From: Phycisphaerae bacterium
Lineage (GTDB): Bacteria > Planctomycetota > Phycisphaerae > UBA1845 > Fen-1342
NCBI GenBank assembly: GCA_050115495.1
Contig: JASFQK010000018.1
Location: 1-64,000 of the forward strand
Reading direction: 5' to 3'
DNA: 64,000 nucleotides
Positions 1 through 9,820 of this stretch are shown here, one piece after another. The notes under the pieces are model-generated. The model saw nothing but the letters and a program-made list of their open reading frames with translations. It was not told the DNA's origin and ran no database searches. How positions within the stretch are numbered: the stretch's first letter is position 1; each line of letters begins with the position of its first letter. A program made the translations under genes and the position numbers.

Positions 1-179
1 GTTGCGTTTGCAGTAGGCGAATCAGCCGCCGGCCGACGATCTGCCGTTTGCCCAGTTCAACCGCTTCGCCGATCTTCTTGTCTCTCTGGCGTCGTGCCAC
101 GCCGCCAGTAAACCAACTCCCAACGTATCGCGCAAGTTAGGATTGCGTTAACCTCGACCCCTCCAAATTCCCGGACAGT

Positions 180-296
180 ATTGCTCTTGAGCAGTGCAGT
201 CGCGTAACGAGCAATCCTCCGGATTCGGCGCGTACACGACATGCCGGCGCCTTCGGCATGCCACACGGCCGTGGCGGCCGACCTCCGTGTCGGCCG
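180..296. repeat. Composite cluster of three REP-like palindromes (families D, B, C)
   Basis: ATTGCTCTTGAGCAGTG (180-196) recurs at 29835-29851. ACATGCCGGCGCCTTCGGCATGCCAC (239-264) resembles 12064-12093 and 57541-57572. GTGGCGGCCGACCTCCGTGTCGGCCG (271-296) recurs inverted at 57485-57510. Confidence 0.8.
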
Positions 297-331
297 TCGA
301 TCGCCAGTGAACGCTCGGGTGCGCGCAAACC

Positions 332-359
332 TTGACCCGCGGCAGGTGAGCGCTACCAT
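332..359 (+). promoter_or_regulatory. Putative sigma70-type promoter of the protease gene
   Basis: TTGACC-16 nt-TACCAT, about 240 nt upstream of ATG 599. Confidence 0.45.
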
Positions 360-598
360 TGATTCCAGATAGGGCTGCGCTGGGACCTCGGTCGGGTGAG
401 CGTTCCAACTCCCCCAAACGTCCCGCTTCCCGGCGATTTCACACGCAAATCGCGTCGGGAATCCGGGTCGCCAGCCTCTCGTCCGAGCGTCCGCGAGCAT
501 AACTCGACTCCACAGGAGCGTGGCGACCGCGAAGCCGCGGAGCACACCCGTGCCATGGGCGTGCGCCGTAGCGGCAGTGCATCGCCAGGAGATCACGC

Positions 599-2731
599 AT
601 GCGCGGAACTTCCGAAAAGCTGAGTCGCATTCACGTTATCTGCCTCTTCGCGGCCGTTGCCGGCGGCGTGCTGCTTTCGCCGGCGGCGCTCGCCCAGCAG
701 CCGCAGGTGCCCAGCCTGCGCTACGGCATCGACGTGCGCGGCCAGGTCCACCCGGTCGAGCTGCCGTCCCTCGATCACGCGGCGCTGCTCGCCGAGGACG
801 AAGACGACATGGCGCAAAATGGCATGGGCAAGCTGCGGACCGGCGTCTTCCAGACGCTGGCCTACGCCGCCATGACTGACCCCGTCTCCGCCGACGTCGT
901 GCCGGGGCAGGGCACGTTGTGGACGGCGGCGTTTCGCTCGCCGGGCGCTGAGGGCGGCCGGCTGCACTTCGTCGGCACGGATCTGCCGGCCGGCGCCGAG
1001 CTTTGGATCTACGCCGCCGACGCACCCGAATACGCCGAAGGTCCGATCACCGAGCACGGCCAGTGGGGCACCGGCGAGTTCTGGTCGAGCGTCTTCGCCG
1101 GCGACACGCTCTTCGTCGAATACTTCGTGCCCGACGGGGCCGACGGTAACGGCGACTTCCTCGTGGACGACTACGTGCACATGTACCGCCCGCTGGACGA
1201 AACCGCCGCCGGCGGAACGCGCGAAGGCTCCTGCCACCTCGACGTGATGTGTTACGAGGACTGGCACCCGCTGCACAACGCGACGGCACGCATCGACTTC
1301 AACTCCGGCAGCGGCAGCTACCTGTGCAGCGCCACGCTGCTGGCCACGACGGCCGCCGACCAGACCCCGTATCTGCTCACCGCCAACCACTGCATCGGTA
1401 GCCAGACAGAGGCGAACACGCTGGTCGCCACCTGGTTCTACCAGGCGAACACCTGCGGCGGCGCCGTGCCCAACTTCAACACACGCCCGAAGACCAGCGG
1501 TGCGACGCTGCTCTGGACCAGTGGCGGTCCTGACGGCACACTCCTCATGCTCGACGGCGTCATTCCCGACGGCGTGTACTGGGCCGAATGGGAGTCCATC
1601 CAGATGCCCGCGGGCTACACCGTGGTCGGCATTCACCATCCGGGCGGTGCGTACAAGCGCATCAGCTTCGGCACGAGCCAGTACCACGCCTTCGGTGACA
1701 ACTACAACTTCATGGGTGTCTCCTGGTACGACGGCACGATCGAAGGCGGCTCTTCCGGCTCCGGCATCTACCGCGGTGCCAGCCACAAGCTGATCGGCGT
1801 CGCCTCGCACTCGGCGGACCCCCTCGGCTGCTCGAACCCCGACGGCCCCAGCGGCTACGGCCGGTTCAACCGCATGTACCCGAGCATCTCCACGTTGCTC
1901 GCCGCCGGCAGCGATGACGCCCTCGAGGACAACGACTCGCGGGCGGAGGCCGTCGCGCTCGATCCCGGCACGCACAACGGTCTCGTCGTCAAGGGTCTCG
2001 ACGAGGACTGGTACGCCGTCACGCTGGGCGAGGAAGGATATCTCGCGGTCAGCAGCACGTTCGTCAGCCTGCACGGCAACATCGACCTCGAGCTGTACCG
2101 CGGCGACGAGCTGACGCCGGTCCGTTCGAGCACCGGTGTGGGCAACAGCGAGGGCTTCGATTACTCCAACGACGGCCCGGCCGACCTGTTCTACATCCGC
2201 GTGTTCCTCGCCGACGACCAGCGCAACGACTACAGCCTGTCGCTGTTGGTGAGTTGCGGCTACATTCCGCCGCCGGGTTCCGTGAGCGCTTCCGACGGCG
2301 AGTTCTGCGACCATGTTCATCTGAGCTGGACGGCCGCCGACGGGGCCGCCGACTACACGATCTGGCGTTTCCCGACGGGCGGCGAAGCCGAGATCATCGG
2401 CTCCACCGCCGATACCTCGTTCGACGACTACGCGGTCGAGGCCGGTCAGACCTACGGCTACTGGGTGCAGTCGATGGGTATGGTTTGCGAGGGTGAGTTC
2501 AGCGATGCGGCGAACGGATCCGCGGCGTGCGGCGAAGTCATCGGCGACCTCAACTGCGACGGCTTCGTGAACAACTTCGACATCGCGGCGTTCGTGCTGG
2601 CCGTGACGGACGAGACGGCGTACGGGGCCGCGTATCCGGATTGCAACCGCCTCCGAGCCGACGTTAACCAGGATGGCTCGGTGAACAATTTCGACATTGG
2701 GCCGTTTGTCGATCTGCTTCTCGGAGGCTGA
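599..2731 (+). CDS. Secreted trypsin-like (lysyl endopeptidase-like) serine protease with PPC-like, Fn3-like and C-terminal dockerin-like domains
   Basis: Signal peptide (..PAALA-QQ). Catalytic motifs TANHC, GPDG and EGGSSGSG. DEDWY..DLELY PPC-like module. C-terminal paired Ca-loops GDLNCDGFVNNFDI / ADVNQDGSVNNFDI. RBS AGGAG. Confidence 0.85.
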   Translation: MRGTSEKLSRIHVICLFAAVAGGVLLSPAALAQQPQVPSLRYGIDVRGQVHPVELPSLDHAALLAEDEDDMAQNGMGKLRTGVFQTLAYAAMTDPVSADVVPGQGTLWTAAFRSPGAEGGRLHFVGTDLPAGAELWIYAADAPEYAEGPITEHGQWGTGEFWSSVFAGDTLFVEYFVPDGADGNGDFLVDDYVHMYRPLDETAAGGTREGSCHLDVMCYEDWHPLHNATARIDFNSGSGSYLCSATLLATTAADQTPYLLTANHCIGSQTEANTLVATWFYQANTCGGAVPNFNTRPKTSGATLLWTSGGPDGTLLMLDGVIPDGVYWAEWESIQMPAGYTVVGIHHPGGAYKRISFGTSQYHAFGDNYNFMGVSWYDGTIEGGSSGSGIYRGASHKLIGVASHSADPLGCSNPDGPSGYGRFNRMYPSISTLLAAGSDDALEDNDSRAEAVALDPGTHNGLVVKGLDEDWYAVTLGEEGYLAVSSTFVSLHGNIDLELYRGDELTPVRSSTGVGNSEGFDYSNDGPADLFYIRVFLADDQRNDYSLSLLVSCGYIPPPGSVSASDGEFCDHVHLSWTAADGAADYTIWRFPTGGEAEIIGSTADTSFDDYAVEAGQTYGYWVQSMGMVCEGEFSDAANGSAACGEVIGDLNCDGFVNNFDIAAFVLAVTDETAYGAAYPDCNRLRADVNQDGSVNNFDIGPFVDLLLGG

Positions 2732-2774
2732 TCGGCCGGCGGCGACGGAAGATGTAGCGGCGTGCGGGACGATA

Positions 2775-2815
2775 GCGCCGGCGGGGCCCCCTCGGGCACC
2801 CGCCGGCGCGGTCTC
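2775..2815 (+). terminator. GC-rich hairpin after the protease gene
   Basis: GCGCCGGCGGG...CCCGCCGGCGC stem with a weak U tail. Confidence 0.45.
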
Positions 2816-3135
2816 TTAATGCCGCCGGCGGCTGGGGCGGAGGGGTAGGGGGGCCAGTTGCCGACCGCCAGCGCGCACGCTAGACTATGGGGTGTCGTTC
2901 GGGTTTGAGCCGGGGTGGGCTGTGTAGGGAGAGGGTGCTGTGCCGGGTATGTCCCGGCCAGCCCGAGATATCCGTACCGGCGGCGCCGACAGTGACTATA
3001 GTCGTTGTGGCGCCGGCGGACGAAGACGCGGAGGCATCGAGCCGCATGACGGCCCGAGCAGCCGCCGGCTCATTTCAATCATCGAGTGTTCGCACAGGCG
3101 TGCATTGCGGCCTGTCCAGAATGGAGAAGCGAGAA

Positions 3136-3384
3136 ATGGCTAAGGATAGCACCAACGTTGCCAAGCCTTCCCGTCCGAGAGCGACCCGTTCGCGGTCTGC
3201 CTCCTCCGGTTCGACTTCCACGCCGACGCTGGCGCCGCGGGCGAAGAGCACGACGCCCGTGACCGACGATCAGATCCGCCAGCGCGCGTATGAAATCTTC
3301 CTGGCCCGCAACGGCGGTCCGGGCGACGCTAGCTCCGATTGGGCCCAGGCCGAGCGTGAGCTGCACCAGAAGACGAAGCGCTAG
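3136..3384 (+). CDS. DUF2934 domain-containing small protein
   Basis: IRQRAYEIFLARNG..DW.QAEREL motif; GGAG upstream of ATG 3136. Confidence 0.8.
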   Translation: MAKDSTNVAKPSRPRATRSRSASSGSTSTPTLAPRAKSTTPVTDDQIRQRAYEIFLARNGGPGDASSDWAQAERELHQKTKR

Positions 3385-3581
3385 CCGCCGCGGCGCTGCG
3401 CGTCGCCGGGAGTGTCGTAGCGTGCGCCCTTACGGAGCGTGCCTGCGGCCGTGAAGAATCTTCCGTTAGCTGATGAAGTGTTGACGAGCTTCCTGTTCGC
3501 CGACGGTGTCTGGCACGCGCTGGGGGCAGTGGTTCGTCGCTGCCGCCAGCGGACGCGTAGCTGACCGATCGTGCGCCGACC

Positions 3582-4736
3582 TCAGGGCGTCGGCACGATG
3601 CGGAACAGCGCGTTCTCGCAGGCGACGTAGAGCGTGCCCGCCGGCGTGAAGGCCACGTCCGTGATCTCGCCCGGCAGATCGGCCGCGAACACCCTGGTGC
3701 CCAGCACCCGCGTCCGCGTCTGATCGAACTCGAGCGCGATGATGCGGTGGCGGTCGATTTCGCCGTAGAAGAAGCTCAGACGCACGTTGTCGCCGTAGCG
3801 GTTGCTGGGGTTCACGCCGCCGCCGATCAGACCGGGGCCGGCTTCCGCCGTCTCGAACAGCGGTTCGACGTACTCGGTCACTTCGCCAGCGTAGGCCAGT
3901 TCGGCATCGGTGTCAGCGAGACCGGCGACCACCGGCCAGCCGTAGTCGCCGTCGGCCTGAATGAGGTTGATCTCCTCGTGGGCATCGGCGTAGCGATCGA
4001 CCGCCAGCACGGCACCGTTCTCGGGGTCGATGCAGAGGCCGCGCACGTCGCGGAAGCCGCGGGCGTAGTACGGTGAGTCAGTGAGGGGGTTGTCGTCCGG
4101 GATCGAGCCGTCGTCGTTGTAGTGCAGGATCTTGCCGCGGAGGACCGTGCGGTCGGACGTGCCTTCGAGATCGTTCATGTCGCCCATGGCCACGAGCAGG
4201 TGCCCGTCCGCGGTGAAGGCCAGCCGGCCGGAGACGCGCGTCGTGCCCGGACCGGTGGGCAGCGAGGCGACGAACACTTCGCCGCCGACGGCGAGATTGG
4301 CCGCGGTCTCGAAGTACACGACACGGTTGTCGATGGCGGCCTGCGGATCGTTCGTGGCCGTCCCGGTGTCCGAGCGGGTGTAGAACACGTAGATCCGGCC
4401 GTTGGTATCGAAGTTCGGGTGCAGGGCGATGCCCAGCAGACCGCGATCGCCGGCGGTATTCACCGGCACCGTGGCCACGGGCTCAGCCTGCAACGTGCCG
4501 TCGACCACCACGCGGATGCGACCGGTGTTCTTCTCCGTGTAGAAGACGCGGCCGTCCGTGGCGAAAGCCAGCGCACTCGGGTGCGCCGCTCCGCTGACGA
4601 TGTACTCGGCCCGCAGACCGTTGGCCACCGGCACCGGATCATCACCCGGAAACGGCAGACAGCCGCCGCTGGTCAACAGAACGAGCCCGGCGAGCAGTCC
4701 GCCGCACAGCGCTGGCCACAAACGAAATCGCCGCAT
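3582..4736 (-). CDS. PQQ-dependent sugar (glucose/sorbosone) dehydrogenase family lipoprotein
   Basis: Lipobox-like TSGGC; GLLGIALHPNF, GFRDVRGL and EEIN..G.DYGWP beta-propeller motifs. Confidence 0.8.
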   Translation of the reverse strand: MRRFRLWPALCGGLLAGLVLLTSGGCLPFPGDDPVPVANGLRAEYIVSGAAHPSALAFATDGRVFYTEKNTGRIRVVVDGTLQAEPVATVPVNTAGDRGLLGIALHPNFDTNGRIYVFYTRSDTGTATNDPQAAIDNRVVYFETAANLAVGGEVFVASLPTGPGTTRVSGRLAFTADGHLLVAMGDMNDLEGTSDRTVLRGKILHYNDDGSIPDDNPLTDSPYYARGFRDVRGLCIDPENGAVLAVDRYADAHEEINLIQADGDYGWPVVAGLADTDAELAYAGEVTEYVEPLFETAEAGPGLIGGGVNPSNRYGDNVRLSFFYGEIDRHRIIALEFDQTRTRVLGTRVFAADLPGEITDVAFTPAGTLYVACENALFRIVPTP

Positions 4737-4876
4737 GCTGATCTCCCGCGACAAAGGACAACGCGCAATCATAGGTGAGTGTCCATCGCGCGCAAAGAGC
4801 CCGGACGGCAGGAGTCGGAAGATGGAAATCGGCGGTGGCGGCCAGTCCCCCTGCTCCGCCGTCGCTTCGACCACGA

Positions 4877-5317
4877 TCAGGAATGCCCCCGGAACTCGTC
4901 GCGGAGGGCCTTGAAGAGGGCCGGCGACTCCGCCTCCAGCAGGTTGAGCACCGCCTCGGCCCGGGCCCGGCCGTCCAGGGCCAGTAGCGACTGGAGGCGG
5001 GACTTGGGCAGCTTCTCCATAACCTCATACAGCGTCGCGTGCAGCCGCCGCAGCCGGACCTGCTCCGCCTCCGACAGGTGGTCGAAGGTCTCGGCCCGGG
5101 CGAACACCGCGGCCGCATCGGCCCGTGCGGTGATGACCTGGTACTCGCGGAGATAGGCCGCTCTTTGCCCCGGCGGTAAGGCGTTCCAGCGCTGCGCGGT
5201 CGTCGGCAGCCCGGGCCGCGCCGCATCGCCGGCCGGGTGGTAGAGGCTGGCGCTGAGCAGGGCCCCGGCCGCAGCTGCCACCGCCAGCAGCAGGATGGTC
5301 GTGACGCGCTGGGCCAT
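4877..5317 (-). CDS. Exported helical protein (DUF3106-like) in the ECF operon
   Basis: N-terminal hydrophobic helix; RWNALPPGQR / FDHLSEAEQ repeats; third gene of a sigma/anti-sigma operon. Confidence 0.5.
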   Translation of the reverse strand: MAQRVTTILLLAVAAAAGALLSASLYHPAGDAARPGLPTTAQRWNALPPGQRAAYLREYQVITARADAAAVFARAETFDHLSEAEQVRLRRLHATLYEVMEKLPKSRLQSLLALDGRARAEAVLNLLEAESPALFKALRDEFRGHS

Positions 5318-5319
5318 GG

Positions 5320-5814
5320 TCAGTTGTCCCCCTGTTCACCGAGGCGCGTCTCCAGCCACCGCACCGCCTCATAGTCGTCGATGAGCCACGGATCGCGGTC
5401 CAGCGCCACGAGCGCATCCAGCTTGCGCGATGCCGCCTGCTCGACCGGGGTGACCGCGGTGCCCTGGGCCGTCACGGGCGTCAGCGGCGGCGCCGTGGCC
5501 AGACGATAGGCCAGGCCGACGGCGGCCCCCAGCAACAGGGCCAGGCTCATTCCCGGCAGCATCGCCCGCCACCACTCTCGCCAGCTTCGTTGCCGGCCTT
5601 CGTGCATGCGGGTCAGCAGCCGATCGAGGGCGCCCGCCGGCGCGTCACTCGGCGCCTCGTCCAGGCGCAGCCAGCCGATCAGCGTCCGTTCCCGGCGGAC
5701 CAGCTCACGGCACTGCTCGCAGGTGATAAGGTGATTCCCCCAGTGGGCCTGGGCGCTCGGCGGGAGAGCGCCGCGGGCGTACCCCCGTGCGGTCTCGCCA
5801 TTCATGTGTTCCAT
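5320..5814 (-). CDS. Zinc-binding membrane anti-sigma factor (zf-HC2/ZAS)
   Basis: HLITCEQC (HxxxCxxC) plus one TM helix, directly downstream of an ECF sigma. Confidence 0.8.
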   Translation of the reverse strand: MEHMNGETARGYARGALPPSAQAHWGNHLITCEQCRELVRRERTLIGWLRLDEAPSDAPAGALDRLLTRMHEGRQRSWREWWRAMLPGMSLALLLGAAVGLAYRLATAPPLTPVTAQGTAVTPVEQAASRKLDALVALDRDPWLIDDYEAVRWLETRLGEQGDN

Positions 5815-5839
5815 GACGGACCAGCCGCTCTACGTCGCC

Positions 5840-6481
5840 TCAGGTCAGGCTGCTGAGCTTAGCGCGGAGCGCTTCCCGGGCGCGCCGAAGCTGGCAGCGC
5901 ACGGCGTCCGCGGTCGAGTCGAGGACGATCGCAATCTGCTCGTACGAGAACTCCTCGTACTCGTACAGCGTGAGGGCAATACGCTGCTTGATCGGCAGGC
6001 TGCTGATGGCCGCCGACACGCCCGCCCGCAACTCGCCGAGCGACAGGCGGTGGTCGGGCGACGAATCGCCGCGAGCCGGGATCCGCACGGTTACCTCGTC
6101 TCCGGCGTCGGACCGGCGCTTCTCATGAGCCTGGCCGACGTAGTTGAGCGCTGCGTTGGTCGCGATGCGGTACAGCCACGTGGAGAACTTCGCCTTGGGC
6201 TGATACCCCTGCGGATTGCGCAGCACGCGCAGGAAGACGTCGTGGGTGAGATCCTCGACCGCTGCCGCGTTGCGCACGACACGGGCGATGTAACGGGAGA
6301 CGCGCTGGAAGTTGCGCCGCACCAGCTTGTTGGCTGCTTCGGTGTCGCCAGCCTGCACCTGAAGCATAAGCTGCGTGTCGAAGTCACTCGGCGGCGGGGT
6401 CGCCACCGGCGCGACACGAGCACGAGCAGATGCTCGGACAGACCTAGAGGTCTGCCCCGTGGTTGGTTCGGCACGCTTCAT
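5840..6481 (-). CDS. ECF-family RNA polymerase sigma-70 factor
   Basis: EDLTHDVF..FSTWLYRIATN (region 2); LP..QRIALTL..FSYEQIA (region 4); start uncertain. Confidence 0.9.
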   Translation of the reverse strand: MKRAEPTTGQTSRSVRASARARVAPVATPPPSDFDTQLMLQVQAGDTEAANKLVRRNFQRVSRYIARVVRNAAAVEDLTHDVFLRVLRNPQGYQPKAKFSTWLYRIATNAALNYVGQAHEKRRSDAGDEVTVRIPARGDSSPDHRLSLGELRAGVSAAISSLPIKQRIALTLYEYEEFSYEQIAIVLDSTADAVRCQLRRAREALRAKLSSLT

Positions 6482-6576
6482 CGAGTCCCATCCAGCTTTG
6501 GAACTGCCCTCAACCTGAATAGTAGCTCCCGCCGGCGTGCCAGGCAACCCAAACTCGACCGACCGCCGCAGAGACT

Positions 6577-8010
6577 TCAGCCCAGCAACCGGCGTTCCCC
6601 AGGGCTCAGGTGGGGCGGCTCCGATAGCCGCTGACGCAGGTCCGCCGCGTCCAGGGCGTAGGCCGGGCTGATCTCCACCACCGCGGCCGGCTCCCCTGAC
6701 GCGTCCCGCGGTACGTTGCCGCCGCAGGCCTCGAGCCAGGCGGCCGCCCGGCGGATGAGGTCGCGCCGGGCCGTCTCCGCGGAATCGACCCCGGTGGCGT
6801 TTTTTACCGGGCTGAACTCCTCTTCCCGCCGCGTGTACACCACCAGCGGGTTGCGGGCCAGCGGGATGGCGTCGAAGACGAACATCTCCAGCTTCACCAC
6901 GTTCGGCGCCGTGGGCTGTACCAGCTGTCCGTCGTCGCCCAGCACGCTCAGCTTCTTCTCCGCCCGGTGCCAGGGTAGGGCCAGGTTCGCCCCGGGGCTG
7001 GTGAGACTTTCGACAAACTCACGCGAAAGGACATGAATGGCGATGCTGCCGGCGTCGAAGCGACGCGTGCCGTCGGCGTTGCGGGACCGGGCCAGTTGCT
7101 CCGGCAGGTCGCTGTACTCGATGACGGCAACCCGACCGTCGGCCAGGCAGAAGTTCCCCACCCGCTCCATGTCGTCAGCCTTGCGGATGGCCTTGCTCGA
7201 CATCTGTGACTGCCGCTCGATGTGCAGGCCGATGAAGAGCGGATCGATCGCCCGCACCAGCGGGTTATCCACCTGGAAGTAGCTGATGTGCGCCACGCCG
7301 CGAGCTCGCATGTCCGCCAGGGCGCCGCTGTCGGCGAGGGCGCGGAGGCTGCCGCCGTGGCCGTCGGGCGACAGGGAGACACGATGTCGGGCGGACAGGG
7401 CGATCCGGCCGTCCGGCAGGAACGCCGGCATCTGGCCCTGCGGGAAGAAGGTGACGCCGTCCGCACCGAGGCCGAAGTGCCCGTGCTGCTCAAAGAACTG
7501 GACCGTCTCCCCATGGTTGGCCGGGCTGGTCATGATGTACCAGTGCGGTCGGTGGCCGTACCGACGCTGGACGCCCAGCAGCGACTCGGCGAAGAGCTGG
7601 AACAGCGTTATATTGCGGACCGGGCTGATCGCGAAAGCGCCCTTCGGTCCGTCGTAGCCGAGCCGGGTTCCCTGGCCGCCGGCGACCGTGAACGCCCCCA
7701 CCTGTCCGCTCGCAATCGCCTGCTCGCCCGTGGCCAGGGCTCGCCGGTAGATGTCGGCGTGCTCGGTGTCGGGTTCGGCGGGCAGGATCGGCGGCGGCAG
7801 GACCTCAGCGGGGAGGGGGATCTCGGCCTTTCGGCGGACGTAGGGCTCGACGAGGGCGGCACAGGCCCGGGCGTCGAACTGGTCGAGATCGTCCAATAAC
7901 TGTGCCCGCTGCTCGTCATCCAGTTCCGCCCAGTAGGCGAGCAGGTGGCTCTGGCCGACGCTGTCGAGGGTCTGTTTATGGTCCGAATAGCGTTGAGAAA
8001 TGGTGGGCAT
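6577..8010 (-). CDS. UDP-N-acetylglucosamine pyrophosphorylase, eukaryote-like UAP/UDPGP type 1 family
   Basis: AGGQGTRLG..PKG, PDGHGG, QVDNPL, VIEYSD, KLEMFVFD and EFSPVKNA motifs. Confidence 0.9.
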   Translation of the reverse strand: MPTISQRYSDHKQTLDSVGQSHLLAYWAELDDEQRAQLLDDLDQFDARACAALVEPYVRRKAEIPLPAEVLPPPILPAEPDTEHADIYRRALATGEQAIASGQVGAFTVAGGQGTRLGYDGPKGAFAISPVRNITLFQLFAESLLGVQRRYGHRPHWYIMTSPANHGETVQFFEQHGHFGLGADGVTFFPQGQMPAFLPDGRIALSARHRVSLSPDGHGGSLRALADSGALADMRARGVAHISYFQVDNPLVRAIDPLFIGLHIERQSQMSSKAIRKADDMERVGNFCLADGRVAVIEYSDLPEQLARSRNADGTRRFDAGSIAIHVLSREFVESLTSPGANLALPWHRAEKKLSVLGDDGQLVQPTAPNVVKLEMFVFDAIPLARNPLVVYTRREEEFSPVKNATGVDSAETARRDLIRRAAAWLEACGGNVPRDASGEPAAVVEISPAYALDAADLRQRLSEPPHLSPGERRLLG

Positions 8011-8173
8011 GGCGGGGTGTTGACCTCCGGAGAATCGGATCGGAACGCGGGGAACCAAGGGTATGAAGTTGGTGGAAGGGCGTCAAGACAGGGCGAGAGG
8101 ATGGGCTGTCGGGACCGCTCCCGATTGCGGCGGTGGCCTTCCTATAATCTTCGACGGGCGTTCGCTTTTGGGA

Positions 8174-8201
8174 TTGACAGCCGACGGGGACACGCTATGC
8201 T
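8174..8201 (+). promoter_or_regulatory. Putative sigma70 promoter at the start of an AT-rich regulatory region
   Basis: TTGACA-16 nt-TATGCT, followed by TTGATA direct repeats at 8228 and 8238. Confidence 0.5.
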
Positions 8202-8689
8202 TTTGATAGGTGCAGTTTGCGACGGGATTGATAAGGGTTGATATCATCATAAGCGATCTCATACTTTCGTATTAATTCGGTTCATCGCCGACCCTGGCAA
8301 CCCTGATTCAATAACGCCCAGCTAGCTTTCCCGCCGTTAGCGTGCGCACCGGGTGCGTGTCTGCGCTCAATTCAGCGCAGGCAGATGTGCCACAGGTGAC
8401 GTGCGCTTCCGTTATGCACGCATAGGTTGAAGTTCTCACCAAGCGCGTTTAATCCGCGCGCCGCTTCTGTTCCCGAATGGGCGGCACTCGACGAGCCGAC
8501 GGTCGGCTCGGTGAGCAGCGCGGCGACCGGTTGCGTTGTGTGGCGTGATGTTGTGGCTCGCCGATCCATGCCGAGAGCACGCGTGGCGGGCGACCACTAT
8601 TGAGGCCATCATTCGTCCGGTTTGCTTGTGAACGCGCCCGCGCCGCGGGCCGGTTGGGACGTACTTCGGGAGTAGCTTGAGGAGAGACT

Positions 8690-9604
8690 GTGGTGAAGCG
8701 GAGAAAAGGGTTCACACTCATTGAGCTGTTGGTGGTGGTGGCGATCATTGCCCTGCTGATCTCCATTCTGCTGCCCAGCTTGTCGCGTGCCAGGGAATTG
8801 GCCAAGCGCGCCGTGTGCGCGGCCAACCTGCGTGGTATCGGGCAGGGCTGTCACATCTACTCGAACGACAACGAGGAATGGTTCCCGAACTCCTTCTACA
8901 AGGAACCGACGCTCATGACGTTCCCCAATGCGACGTCAGTGATCTTCGTCGGGGAATTGTCGACGAACATGACTTTGCAGAAGACGACGAATACTTGGAA
9001 CCGCGTGCACCCCAGCCGGTCGCTGTTCATGCTCGTGATCGGCGGGAACTCGTCGCCGCAGCAGTTCATCTGCCCGAGCTCGGGCGATGTCCAGGACCCG
9101 CTGCGGAACAAGGACTCGGGCGGTGAAGTGGCCGCGCAGCCGGGCGTCAACCGCTTCGACTTCAAAGGTTATCCGAACCTGAGCTACGGCTACCAGCTTC
9201 CGTTCGGCAACAAGGGTAAGCCCCGCAACGGCATGGACCCGCGCATGGCCCTGTCGGCGGACCGCGGCCCGTACTTCGAGGCCGCCGCCACGGACGCCAA
9301 TGGCGGGACCCCGGACCAGGAGCGTACGTCGTCCGTGGTGCCGCAGGGCACTGATGAGGAACTGCTCAAGTGGCCCATGGAACGCTGGCGCCCGTACAAC
9401 AGCCGTAACCACAACGGCGAGGGCGAGAACGTCCTCTACGCCGACAGCCACGTTGAGTTCTCGAAGCGCCCGATCGTCGGCGTGAACTACGACAACATCT
9501 ACACGATGCATGACGGCTACACGCTCTGGAATACCCTGGTTGGCAAGAAGCCGGACGACGTCAGGGGGCCGTGGACGAACACGGATAACGTCATCGTTCC
9601 GTAG
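8690..9604 (+). CDS. Planctomycete prepilin-type N-terminal cleavage/methylation protein (DUF1559-like, H-X9-DG-like C-terminus)
   Basis: KGFTLIELLVVVAIIALLISILLPSLSRARE..C..NL; FICPS; NHNGEGENVLYADSHV. Confidence 0.9.
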   Translation: MVKRRKGFTLIELLVVVAIIALLISILLPSLSRARELAKRAVCAANLRGIGQGCHIYSNDNEEWFPNSFYKEPTLMTFPNATSVIFVGELSTNMTLQKTTNTWNRVHPSRSLFMLVIGGNSSPQQFICPSSGDVQDPLRNKDSGGEVAAQPGVNRFDFKGYPNLSYGYQLPFGNKGKPRNGMDPRMALSADRGPYFEAAATDANGGTPDQERTSSVVPQGTDEELLKWPMERWRPYNSRNHNGEGENVLYADSHVEFSKRPIVGVNYDNIYTMHDGYTLWNTLVGKKPDDVRGPWTNTDNVIVP

Positions 9605-9820
9605 GCAGTGCCGCTAGCCCTCACGATTGGCGGGGCGGTCAGGACCGTGTGGGTCCGCCGCCCCGCGGCTTATTTGCGAGGCCCCGCCGCCACGGGCAGC
9701 CGTGTCGGGGGGCCGGGGAACGGGCGGGATCACTTGTGTTTCGACTTCCAGCCGATAGGATACAGATCTGCGTCTGTTGGCCCGGGGGGGTGTGTTCGTG
9801 CATAGGGGCGTACGGTGTCG

